Origin: Octopus vulgaris
Lineage: Eukaryota
Length of the DNA stretch: 64,000 bases
Reading direction: 5' to 3'
NCBI GenBank assembly: GCA_951406725.2
Contig: OX597815.1
Coordinates: 72,850,001-72,914,000 of the forward strand
A program made the translations under genes and the position numbers. Below are positions 40,495 to 52,834 of the stretch, one piece after another; the first letter of the stretch is position 1, and each line of letters begins with the position of its first letter. The notes under the pieces were generated by a model, which was given only the letters and a program-made list of their open reading frames with translations, did no database searches and was not told where the DNA came from.

Positions 40495-40870
40495 TGTCAT
40501 TGGGGTGCTGTAGCCATGCAGTGTATCTAGGGCCAGAAAACCTGACAGAGCCCATTCCTCTCCAGGCTAAACTCATTCCTACAGTTGAGTGGGCTGGATG
40601 AACATGAAATAAAATGCTTTGCTCAAGAACACAACAGATTACCCAGTCCAGGAATTGAAACCACAATCTTATGATCATGAATCCAACACCCTAGCCACTA
40701 AGCAACATGCCTCCACTAGTGGTATCCATTTCTACAGCTGAGTGGACTGGAGCAATGTGAAATGAAGTGTTTTGCTCAAGAACACAACACATCACTCAGT
40801 CCAGGAATGAAAACCACAATCTGATGGTCATGAATCCAACACCCTAACCACTAAGCAATACATCTCCACG
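40495..40870 (-). mobile_element. Two tandem family-E SINE heads
   Basis: Duplicated tttgctcaagaacacaaca..cagtccaggaat..aaaccacaatct..tcatgaatccaacacccta..cactaagcaa. Confidence 0.8.
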
Positions 40871-41335
40871 CACTTATATTGGACAATGCAATCACTGAAA
40901 TACAAGAGAATGATGGATTGGTCACAACTAGAATGCCTTTATGTCTACTCAATCAGGGTTTCTCTCAGATTGAACAACAACAGATAATGCAGCCCTTATT
41001 TATGGAGAATCCATAATAATGCACTCACTTGTTCATTTGTTTTATATCCACTTTTCCATGCTAGCACAGGTTAGACTAATACTGTATTACTGAGACATGG
41101 CTTTTGTATGCTTTTCCTTACAGCCAGATGTCCATCCTGTCATTAACCCATACCTGTTTTTCTATTGAAGGAAGATCTTTTCTATTCCATTTGCCTTATA
41201 AAGTGCAGAACTACTGAAAAATTTGTTAACAGGAAACGTCAACAAACAATACTGTTTCACACAGGCACACACGTATACAATGGGCTTTGTACAGTTTTCT
41301 TTTATCAGATTCACTCACAAGGCATAGTTTTGAAC

Positions 41336-41553
41336 CACACTCACTAGATATAGCAGCCAAATCTACCTCAAATCATACATGTCCATTTGTCCAAAACAAC
41401 AAACAAAGCTTACATTTGACAATGTGGTGGTGATGGATCTTTTTTCCATGCTTGCATTGGTTGGACCATATTTGTTGAGGTAGATTTTCTATGGGCCAGA
41501 TGTCCTTACTTGTTGCCAAGCCTCAGCTGTTTCCAAGCAAGGTCATATTTCTT
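41336..41553. repeat. Composite locally templated insertion (direct copy of 40043-40147 joined to inverted copy of 42439-42545)
   Basis: 105-bp and 107-bp near-identical matches joined through a tct overlap at 41438-41440. Confidence 0.85.
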
Positions 41554-42251
41554 GTTCAAAGTGCTGCACAGTGGGATGGAACTCAAAACAACGTGGTTAT
41601 TAAGTGGCCATTTTGACTACACAGCTATGTCTACAATTAAGTAGTTCATTATTGTACTGTTGCTGTGTAGTTAGAATCTCAATCACATAGTGCCAATTTC
41701 AATCCCATTGGTGGCACCTCTGTTTAGTGCCACAAGAAAACCCATGGCTTAAGGGGTTAGAAGCATTCTACTCACAATTGTAAGGTTGTGAATTTGATTC
41801 CTTGCAACACACTTTAATTCATGTTGCTTTAGTCTCCACTCAGCTAGCAAAAATGAGTAGTAACTGTATTTCATAAGCACATTCTGAGTCATGTTGAATC
41901 TCCCTAAGAACTACATTAAGGGTACACATGTCTGTGAAGTGCTCAGCCAATTGCACATTAATTTCACAAGAGGCTGTTCCATTGGTTGGATCAACATGAA
42001 CATCTGTTGTCATAACTGATGGAGTACCAGTTAACCCAGAGTCAACCAAAGCCTTGAGTGGATTTGGTAGACAGAAATTGAAAGAAGCTCTTTGTGTGAT
42101 GATGATATGCATGTATGTCTATACTTATGTGTGTATGTGTATATTTGTCTCCTTGTCTTGACATCACATGATAGTTGTAAAATTATTGTCACTGTTATAC
42201 AAGACATGTCATTCAATATTATGCAAGAACATGTCTGGCCAAAGAAAAATA

Positions 42252-42438
42252 TGGTGGTTAGAGCAGCGGACTTGCGGTCAAGGGATCGAAGGTTCGAATC
42301 TCAGACCGAGCAATGTGTGTTTATGAGCGAAACACCTTAGCTCCACGTGGCTCTGGCAGAAGATGACTCTTCTGCTGACTCTTTCGCCACAACTTTCTCC
42401 CACTCTTTCCTCCTGCATCGTGCAGCTTACCTACGACG
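42252..42438 (+). mobile_element. Young family-D SINE 5' part
   Basis: gtggttagagcagcggacttgcggtcaagggatcgaaggttcgaatctcagaccg, CpGs intact. Confidence 0.8.
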
Positions 42439-42550
42439 GACCTTGTTTGGAAACAGCTGAGGCTTGGCAACAAGTAAGGACATCTGGCCCATAGAAAATC
42501 TACCTCAACAATTTTGGTCCAACCAATGCAAGCATGGAAAAAAGAATGCA

Positions 42551-42779
42551 TTAACCTTTTAGCATTCAGATTTCTTTGTCAAATATGATGTTTATTTATT
42601 CATATTCTTTTGATTTATTCTTGCATTATCTTGTAGCTTCAAGATTTCAATGATGTGATTGTATGGTGTTTGAATGACATTGTAAGGTTAAGTGTGAGAT
42701 GCCAGATCTGGTCAGTTTGAACATAAAACAGGTGGAATATTTGGGCCGGACATGGCCGTTTTGAATGCTAAAGAGTTAA
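42551..42779 (+). mobile_element. piggyBac-type MITE (TTAA TSD)
   Basis: ttaa-ccttttagcattca ... tgaatgctaaagag-ttaa; homologous to 37114-37341. Confidence 0.85.
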
Positions 42780-43789
42780 ATGATGATATATAATGATGAT
42801 GAATAATGATCACCTCCCAGTGATGTCCCTGAACTTCTTTTTTTTACTTAAACTGCAAATAACATAGGTAAGACAAAGGGAAATAATCACCCAGCAAAGC
42901 ACCAAAATAGCCCTTTTTTGTTTCACAATTGTTTAGTTAGAATTGGGACAAAGGCAGGGACAGTGGCCTTCTTCCATTAAACAAGCCTTACGAGCCTTGT
43001 GACTACATTAGAACTTTGACGCCAAGCTGGATGCCCTTCTTGACACCTGGTTGGTATTAGAAAGAGCAGACATAGATAGAAACATAATCATCACTATTTT
43101 TCATTTTAACATCCATTTTTCCATGCTTGCATGGGTTAGACAGGATTTGTTGAAGCAGTATTTATATGGTCAGATGCCCTTACTGTTATCAACTCATGCT
43201 TTCATGGAAGATCAGAAATGAAAGACATTATTTGCTTGACGACACTTACATCCAACAATCATAATGTGAAAGTAAAGAGACGGTAACACATACATATATA
43301 TATATACATACACAAACAACGGAGTACTTTCAGTTTCTGTCTACCATATCTACTCACAAGGCTTTGGTTCGCCTAGGGCTACAGTATAAGACACCTTCTT
43401 CCCAAGGTGCCACACAGTGGAACTGATCCTGAAATCATGAGATTGGGAAACAAAATTCTTACCATACAACCATGCTCACGCCTGTTTACAATGTGTAAAC
43501 TTTAATTTAATATTAGCGATAATAGTTTCACCATTCAACATCGACAAACTTGCAGTGTCTCTGAACTGGTTAAACATACGTTACGAAAATATAAACAGTA
43601 AACATTATGAATACAATTTATCGGAGGTTTATAAAATTATCAGTTTAATTATATTTAAATTCTTGTTATATTAATAACCGCAAGAAAATTTCATTTTGGC
43701 AAAAACATCAAAATAAATAAGTACCTAATTAACATTCATTAAAATTCCTTTCTTTCTTAAATTAGATCGTGGTAGTTGTTGTCATTTCG

Positions 43790-43985
43790 CTGCTGGTAAA
43801 ACTCTCATCAAACAGGCCTATGATCAAAGGCGTTCCAGTTGAGACCATCACATCGTTCTAGCAGTGTCTAGGATTACGCTATCTAACATGTCTTTTCTTA
43901 AGACAATGGAATGCAATTTCAAGGAGTGTTTGATGGTTGCTGTTTCTGGTAGGGTGGGTAAGCAGTAGAGGCTGCCTTCATTGAC
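43790..43985 (+). mobile_element. Family-G dispersed repeat (other copies at about 16150-16290, 28270-28450 (-), 63280-63430)
   Basis: ctatgatcaaaggcgttccag..gaccatc..tctaggattacgctatctaa..ttgctgtttctgg..gtagaggct. Confidence 0.65.
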
Positions 43986-44199
43986 TCGAGATCAAAGAAG
44001 TAAAAATATTACATAAACTGTTTAATCTTTCATGCAAAGTGAATCAAAATTTTATGCTTGACTTCATACTGTACATTAAAAAAGTTTTACATATGCTTGA
44101 TAATTTAAGCGTAAAGGAGTGAGTCTGTGTGTTGTGTGTATGCATGCACCCCCACCACACATAAAGACACAAATTATATTTCTATCGCATTTGTATAAA

Positions 44200-47100
44200 T
44201 GTTCAGAAATAATTTTGCTTTTAGTTTTATTTTTTGTTTTTTGAGATTCTTGCAATTAATATTATTATCCATTATATTTTTCAAGGTTATTAATTAATTT
44301 CTGTTCCTTCAATCGAAGCTCGTCTGAAAGAAAAGCAAGCGCCAAATTAAGTAGAATCGCTAAGTCACAATTAGCGAAGAAGCCACTCAACGAAAATAAC
44401 ACGCAGAATAAAAACATGTTTGCAAACACAAGATAATTTATGCTGCAGAAATGCCTCGCTAACTTTTTACTTCCGGAACAACAATAACAAAATCGGAAAA
44501 AAATAAAAAATCTGGTAGAATTCCACCCCACCTCTGAATTAAATTGCGGAAAAGTCAAAAATTGTTTTGGGTACGTTACTTGGAGAGGCAGTGGTATGAG
44601 AGAACAAGAAAGTTGGGGGCTGGTTCGATTTCTGGGCGTGTTTGCGCTTTATGGGCGGCGACTCAGTTGTAGGCGTGTTGTATGCGGACAGCTGGCTGGC
44701 GGAACTGTAAGTGAAATACAACCAGTAGAAACAACTTCAGCTTGCAAAGGTACACATGTGATTATAGTATGTATGTGCACTAGTTAACAACAAGGAACTT
44801 ATCGACATGCGAATCGATGCGAGGTTATTGGCATGTCGCAGAGGTTCTTGTCACGTGGAACTACATCAATAATCATCGCCCAGATGCGAAAAACTGAGAG
44901 AGTACATCAATCGTCAAGAGATACACAAATAAACTTAATCCAAGGCTGATCAAAGTGTTGCGCAATATTTACGAGTGGTTTAAGATGACGACAACAACAT
45001 GATCTAAATGCGATGACGGGTGCACAAAACGGGAGACGGATGAAATGTTATAGTGATTTGGAAGACCATCCGAAGAATGTCAATGTTTCGCACAGTTTCC
45101 AACAGATCCAGCATAAGTTTGTTTACAACGCGGAGTGAGACAACGCAAATGCAACGCAACATCGTTACCGCTGAAGTACGCAGAACTATATTATTTGATA
45201 CAAGGGACCAGCAACGGATGTTTTATTACTGAAAGATATCTGAAGATATTATGTGTGTATGTATTTATACATATAGAGGCTATATATGCAAGTAGTCCTG
45301 GTTATTTTGCAGCAAGCGTAGCGAAATATTGTTCCGATACACGTAAACACCACAACAAAATTATAAGAGAGAACTACTACACTTACGGATACAACAGAGT
45401 TTGCGTCACACTTAGTCATTTCGGTGAATACCTGCGTGGTATAGAATGGCTCCATCAGAATCGGCCTGGGGGTTAAACAAAATGTTCACAAAGAGTACAT
45501 GTGGTATAGAACTGCTCCATCGGAACCAGCCCAGGGTTAAACGAAATGTTCGCAAAGCATGCATACTACACAGATCACGTTAACACATATACACGTCAAT
45601 GCTTCACCACCGAGTCATTCATACATTACAACAGGGTGCAGCAACAACAGATCTCTATATATATATATACATATACATATATATATATATATGTGTGTGT
45701 TCATTCATGTACAGTAGCGGTGTGCTTGGGGAAACAGACTTACATTCTTATACTAGTTTCTGCGAATGGGCTGTGGCCATGCTAGAGCACCATGCGAATA
45801 TTGCACAAGGACTTAAAATATGTTACTATTGATGATGCATACGCACATGTATGTAAATATAAACAAACAACTTTAATGTGCAGTGAAAAAGGAAATTTCA
45901 CATGAATATTATGAAACACACACTTACGCACAAACAGGAAATACCACCGTATAGGAAATGTACTTAGATGCAATAACTGTGATGTGGTGGCAATCATTAT
46001 GTGTAACAACAAAAGGAAATGACTGAAACTGACAAAGAGACAAACGTAACACCCTCAATTTCTAATAATTAATACAACCAAACAATCCAATTATAAATAA
46101 TAACTATAATTAGATCAATTAATAAACTGACCTTTGCAAAATCTACAGAAGACTGTTCGGCCACATTGTAAGGCTATGATAGAATGGTTAACATGTAAAT
46201 TACTAAATGACTGCCTAACGTTTTCGTTAAAATAGAGTAGAGACAATGTGATAATCCGCACGGAGATGGCTAAAAAGGAAGGGGTTGGGGCTGGTTTTTT
46301 TTTCGTTTTTATTTAAATGAAAAGAAATAAAACAAAACAGAAACAAATTACAGAACGTTTACGTAATTACCCAAAAAGAAAACATCACTATCAATCTTTA
46401 TGCATGTTGCTGTTGTTGTTTTACCGCAAGTCATGTTGACCTAGGAGTGAAGACGCTCTGTTGTTTTGTATAATGGGGGTACTGAATTGGTTCAATGTAT
46501 GCCATAGCTGGAAAGAGATTTGGGTGCTGTTTGCAGCGAACTCGAGAGAGAGAGCCTGTAGAAGCTTTCTCAGTTCAATCCCTACCTCAGCCTCTTTTGT
46601 TTTTCCGCTAAGTCATTCATTAAACAAATACACCCGCATTAAGTAGGTGCTGCCGCTGTCTCTGATTATCATTTATTTTTTTTATTTACATAGTTCTATG
46701 TAAATCTCCACTGTAGTCCTTTGTCTTTAAATTGTCCAAAATGTTTTTCACGTTCCTTGTGGCCAATAATGAATTATTATTATTATTATTATTATTATTA
46801 TAATTTAGAAAGCAAAGAGGATATATATGCTTATATGTATGTGTCTGAGCATTGTAGACTATGTTATGTGTTGTATATGTGCAGATGAAAAAAATATTGT
46901 TACGCAATGTGTACTTACAGATTTTACCGTTGTGGTGATGTATATATACAACACTGCGTACACATATACACATGCATTCACGCACACAAATACTATCAAA
47001 TTCAAAAAGTTTTTAAATGACATACAAAATAAATAAATTTATAAAAAAAAAGGATAAACAGGATGGTGACAAACATATCAGGTTTGGTGTTAGGCTGGGG

Positions 47101-47950
47101 ATAATTTCTTCGGCTCTCCATGAATCAAAAAGGTTCTGCGGAAAAGCTACAGATGTTTATACTATGTCTGGTAATAAACGGAGAAGGAAGGGGAGGCATT
47201 TCGTCCTCTGATTCTACTCATCATCATCATCATAATCATCATTTTTCTATTTATTTATTCATTTTTTGTTGTATTTTTACTTTTTTATTTTTTCTTTGCG
47301 CTTTCTCAGTAAGAGTTCAACAAGCATTAAGATTTTTCAAGTCGGAAACGAAAGATCAAAGCTGTAAAGATCTTTTTTGTCCCAGTCGACTCTTCACACA
47401 GACATGCACTCGGGTTTTATATTTCACATATTAGGCAACCACACAACCAAACAAAACAACAAGCATAAAAATAATTAACAAATAAAAACAAGCAATTAGG
47501 ATTAGTTTTTCTTCTTCTTCTTGTTAACACCCAAACACACACACACACTCACGTATATAGAAATGTATGTTTGGTAGGTTTTCTTTCATATCTAAATTTA
47601 TTTTCATTTTTCTTTGTTTTTCTTTGCAAAGAGATTCCAGGTGGGCCAAGAATATGATGTTCTTTGATGTCTGTTCGTAACTTCTTTGGGTGGGGGTAGG
47701 ACGGGTGGCACCCTGCCTGCATATGTATGTTTGTAAGTTAGTTTGTGTGTGAGTGTGTGTGTGTGTGTACGTGCGCGTAGTGACGGGGGTGAATGTGGCT
47801 GGCTTCTTTCTTAAGCCCAAGCTTCAGTGAACAACTGTAGGAGCAATAAGAAGCAAAACTTAAAAGAAAAATAAAAGACGCAACTATATACATATTGTAC
47901 ATGGAAACTGATACATGCAATATCTAACGTAACTGCAGATAAGCAAAGTC
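44200..47950. promoter_or_regulatory. CpG-retaining, SINE-poor island (candidate promoter or enhancer cluster)
   Basis: Dense CpG versus flanks; ETS-like ACTTCCGG 44469-44476, GGCGGC 44654-44659, TCF site 47352-47361, donor-like act|gtaagt at 44707. Confidence 0.5.
45436..45564 (+). repeat. Tandem duplication of an approximately 65-bp unit
   Basis: gtggtatagaa..gctccatc.gaa...gcc..gggttaaac.aaatgttc.caaag twice (45436-45500, 45501-45564). Confidence 0.85.
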
Positions 47951-48372
47951 TAATGTGTACATGCACATCTATTTAAGTGCATATGTGTATTTCGACCTTT
48001 TTGCTACCCTCACTGTACATCCAATCTGGTTGTATCTATCACGTGTGTTTACAGGATTAAGATGCTAACTTCTTAACCAAGAAGTTCTGAGTTCAATCCA
48101 ACTGCATAGCACCCTGAGTGAGCGCATTCTATCATAGCCTTAGGTTGTTCTAAACCTTGTGAGCGAAACTGTCTAGGTGCAGGAATGTCTGTGTCATGAA
48201 GAAGTTCACTTCCCAACCACATAGTTTCTGGTTCAGTCCCACTGCGTGACACCTTGGGCTAGTGTCTTCAACTATAGCCTTGGGTTGACCAAACCCATGC
48301 GAGTGGATCTGGTAGAAGGAAACTGAAAAAAGCATATCACACACATATATATATATTATTATTATTATTATT

Positions 48373-49258
48373 AGGGTGGAGGGCTGACAGAATTGTTAGA
48401 GCCAGAAAAAATGCCTTGTTATATGTGTTCAGGATCTTTCAAATCCTGTCTAGGTTGACTTTGACTTTCATCCTTTTGGGGTCACTAAAATAAATACCAC
48501 AAAAGCCTTGGGGTTGATGTAATCAACTAACTCCCTCCAACCAAATTTCAGGCCTTGTGCTTATAGTAGAAAGAAAAATTATTATTATTGAAGTAATAAG
48601 CTGGCAGAATGACTAGAAGGGTGGGAGAAATGCTTAGCAGTATTTTTTCTAGCTTTACACTTTGAGTTCAAATTCCACCAAGGTGGACTTCCCTGTTATC
48701 CTTTTGGAGTCAATAAAATACCAGTTGAATAATGGGGTTAATATAATCGACTTCTCTCTCCTAAAATTGCTGGCTTTGTGCCAAAATTTGAAATCATCAT
48801 CATTATTATTAAGGCAGCAAGCTGGCAGAATCATTAGCACACCAGGAAAAATGCTAAGTAGTACTTTGCCTGTTGCTACATTCTGAGTTCAAATTGTACC
48901 AAGGTCAACTTTGCCTTTCATCCTTTTGGGATTGATAAATTAAGTACCAGTGAAATGCTGGGGTCAATGTCCCCTCCCCCAAAATTTCAGGTCTTGTGCC
49001 TATAGTAGAAAGGATTATCATCATCATCATCATTAAGGCGGCAAACTTGCAGAATCACGAGCATGGCAGACAAAATGCTTAGTGGCATTTCATCTGTTTT
49101 TATGATCCAAGTTCAAATTTCACTAAGGTTAAGTTTACCTTCCATCCTTTCAGGGTTGACGAAATAAATATCAGAAATGCACTGGGGTCAATGTAATTGA
49201 CTAGCTCTTTCCCCAAATTTCACAGCTTATGTCTATAGTAAAATGGATTATTATTATA
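48373..49258 (+). mobile_element. Head-to-tail array of four family-A SINEs
   Basis: Heads at about 48373, 48591, 48810 and 49035, separated by (ATT)n/(ATC)n. Confidence 0.85.
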
Positions 49259-49519
49259 TGAAAGAGAGTGGTGTATTAGAAATGACAGGCTGTTAAGCTT
49301 AGTTCACATATATGAATCTTGTCCAGTATTTTTCTTTAGTGCAGCACATCACAGTATTATAGCCTACAAAAGAACCCATTCCAAGAGGATCTTAAAGAAG
49401 TACTTCATAGAATTGTAACTGCAGACATCCAGTTAAGCACTTCATTATAGTATAACCCTTAGCTGTTTAAACATTTTAAAAGAAAGCACTCTTGTTCATC
49501 ATCTTTACAATACAAGCAC

Positions 49520-51665
49520 TTATTCTATTAGTCTCTTTTGCCAAACTGCTAAGTTACAGAGACATAAACACACCAACACCAGTTGTCAAGCAATGGAGGG
49601 GGCACAAACACAGATACACAAACATATACATACACACACACACACATATACATATGACGGGCTTCTTTCAGTTTCTGTCTACTAAATTCACACACAAGGC
49701 TTTAGTCGGCCCAAGGCTATAGTAGAAGACACTTGCCCAAGATGCCAAGAAGTGGGACTGAACCCGGAACCATGTGGTTTGTAAGCAAGCTACTTACCCG
49801 CCCACCACAACAGAATTAAGATCCTAAAACCAAGGTGCTATGTAAAAAGCATTGGTGTGAGTGCTGGCGTTAATTAAAAAAGCACTGGTGATGGTGCCAC
49901 ATAAGAAATAGCCAGTGCAATGAATGGAGTGGTTGGTACTAGGAAGGGCATCCAATCATAGAGTCAAAACAGACTATGGAACCTGTTGTGGCCCTTGACC
50001 ATACTAGTTCTAGACAAGCTGTCCAAACTATGCTAACATGGAAAATAGACGTTAAATGATGATGATGATGAGTTTATATGATGGGCTTCTTTCAGTTTCC
50101 ATCTACTAAATTTGCTCACAAGACTTTAATCAGTCCAGTACTATAGAAAAAGACATTTGCTCAAGGTGTCATGCAGTGGAGCTGAACCCAAAACCATGTG
50201 AGCGGGAAGCAAACTTCTTAACCAAGACAGGATTTTTTTCAGTTTCTTTCTACCAAATTCACTGAGCAAGGCTTTAGTCAGCTTCAAACCACACTATTGC
50301 ACATCAATAAAATTCCCTTCTGTGTAGAGTTAGTAGATTGATTCATCAAAGAAAAAAAAGAACTAATTCACATTTCTAAGGCTGATCCATCAATAAAAGA
50401 AAATAGATGAGGCTATATAATTTGGTGAGCTAATCCAATAGACGAAAGCAAAAGGAAGGTTTCTCAGCTTTCTTCTACTTAGAAGAACCAGGAAAATCCA
50501 GCACCGAGAAGAGAGTTGCTAGACTAAGCCATCAGCTAGCTGACTGCATATTAAACATCATACTGATTCAAACGTTAATTGGTTAATTAAATGTTTACTG
50601 CTAAACATCAAGCCATACAAATTATAGAGTGTGTGAATGTGACTGTGTGCGTATGTGTGTATGATGAATGTGTATCATACACGTCTACGTGTATATGTCT
50701 GTGCGTGCATGTGTGTACAGTACAAAACAAAACAGGAGCATTTGTTTATAAAATACTACAGCGTCTCAATATTTTATGAACAAACGCTGCTGTTCTTTTT
50801 CTTGGGAGAGGGGGTTGCTCTATATGTACTCTGTGACCTATCGAACTATAAAATCAGACTAAATTAAACTGTTAGATTGTAACAATAATCCATCTTGCAG
50901 TTTTCCTTTTGGATACACATGAAATCCTCAAAACTGCTCACAGATCACCAAATCACAGTGTGTGTGTATGTGCATATACATATTCTTTTATTCCTTTACT
51001 GGTTTCAGTCATTTGACTGTGGTCATACTGGAGCACTGCCTTTAGTTGAACAAATCGGTCCCAGGACTTATTCTATCAGTCTCTTTTGCCAAATCACTAA
51101 GTTAAGGGGGACAAACACAGACACACAAACATATATATATATATATATATGTGGTGGGCTTTTTTCAGTTCCCATCAACCAAATCCACTCACAAGACTTT
51201 GGTTGGCCTGAGACTATAGTAGAAGCCCAGAACCATGTGGCTGGGAAGCAAGCTTCTTATCACACAGCCATGCCTGATATCTTTTTTTACTTGTTTCTGT
51301 CATTAGACTGAGGCCATGCTGGGTATACCGTCTTGAACTTTTTAGTCAGATGAATCGACTCAAGTACTTTTTTTTTCATAAAACCTGGTACTTATTCTAT
51401 CAGTTTCTTTTGCTGACCCACCAAGTTATGGAGACACAAACACACCAACACAGGTCGTCAAGCAGCGCTGGGGCACAAACACACCAACGCACACGCACAT
51501 ACATATAATGGGTTTCTTTCACTTTCTGTCTACTAAACCCAATCACAAGGCTTTGGTCAGTCCAAGATTTTAGAAGACACCTACCCAATGTGTCACACTG
51601 TAGGACTGAACCTGGAACCATGTGATCGGGAAGCAAGCTTCTTACCACACAGCTAGGCCTGCACC
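49520..51665 (-). mobile_element. Cluster of minus-strand family-B SINEs (about 49520-49800, 50078-50230, 50985-51665) with one plus-strand family-C copy (about 49830-50070)
   Basis: ctatagtagaagacacttgcccaa, gggactgaacccggaaccatgtgg motifs. Confidence 0.8.
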
Positions 51666-51701
51666 TAAAAGTTTGAAACGCTTCACAAATTTGTATGTCA
51701 T

Positions 51702-51744
<43 letters not shown>

Positions 51745-51829
51745 TCCAACCCATGCTAGCATGGAGAACGGACGCTAAATGATGATGATGATATATATAT
51801 ATATATATATTATATTTATTTATATTGGT

Positions 51830-52168
51830 TGGAGGCCTAATGGCCCAGTGGTTAGGGCAGCAGACTCATGGTCATAGGATCACAGTTTCAATTCCCAGAC
51901 CAGGTGTTGTGAATGTTTATTGAGCAAAAGCACCTAAAACTCTACGAGGCTCTGGCAAGGGTTGGTGGCAAACCCTGCTGCATTCTTTCACCACAACTTT
52001 CTCTCACTCTTTCTTCCTGTCTCTGTTGTATCTGTATATTTCAAAGGGCCAGCCTTGTCACACACTGTGTTATGCTCAGCCACATGCCTGTTAATTTCAC
52101 GAGCAGGCTGTTCTGTTGATTGGATCAACTGGAACCCTTGTTGTCGTAACCAATGGAGTGCCACAATA
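51830..52168 (+). mobile_element. Family-D tRNA-derived SINE
   Basis: ggaggcctaatggcccagtggttagggcagcagactc..gtttcaattccc head; gatcaactggaaccc..gtcgtaacc tail. Confidence 0.88.
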
Positions 52169-52792
52169 TAGTGTGGTATAATTTCACAAAGGCATGTCTT
52201 GCATATATACATACTACAATGCAAATACCACACTGCTTATTCCGAACACATGCAGGTGTTATTGTGTTCAGCTTTATATGTTAGCAGAAACAGGCCCAAA
52301 ATACGTAAATAGTAGACACATGCTATATTTAAATACTATATATAAATGTACACATCATATAAGAAAAAGTGAACATAAAGAGTTAATGGAAAAGTATACT
52401 CACACACATACATGTGTGTGTGTGTATGATATGTGCATGGAAGAACGTTACAGACGGTATGTGTCATATGGTTGTTTTATTAGCTGCAGTGTTGTTCCTA
52501 GTGCATTGCATATGTTCATATGTTCTTAGGTGCTGAATGAAGCTAAGAAAATCTGTCCCAAAAACCACCTTGTGGTTTTGCGCACTCTGAGAGTCACCCT
52601 AGCCTTGCACTAAACACTTTGCTTAGTTCTATCCTGCCCTCCTTTCCGAAACAATCTTCTTGCTCATGTTCTCCCACACATATAAACCTACAGACGTTCA
52701 AATTGAACATAAATAATCAATCACACTTATAGATATTACAGAAAGCACTCCTCCTCTTTTGATACATATACACACATATATGTATGTACGTA

Positions 52793-52834
<42 letters not shown>

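Noticed and set aside
44265-45476. ORFs of 60-113 aa in the CpG island
   Set aside because: No recognisable domains, overlapping on both strands, and no consistent splice structure.
46582-46589. let-7 seed complement CTACCTCA (TGAGGTAG on the minus strand)
   Set aside because: The rest of let-7 is absent and there is no precursor fold. The 8-mer also recurs in repeats, and there is no evidence of a 3' UTR.
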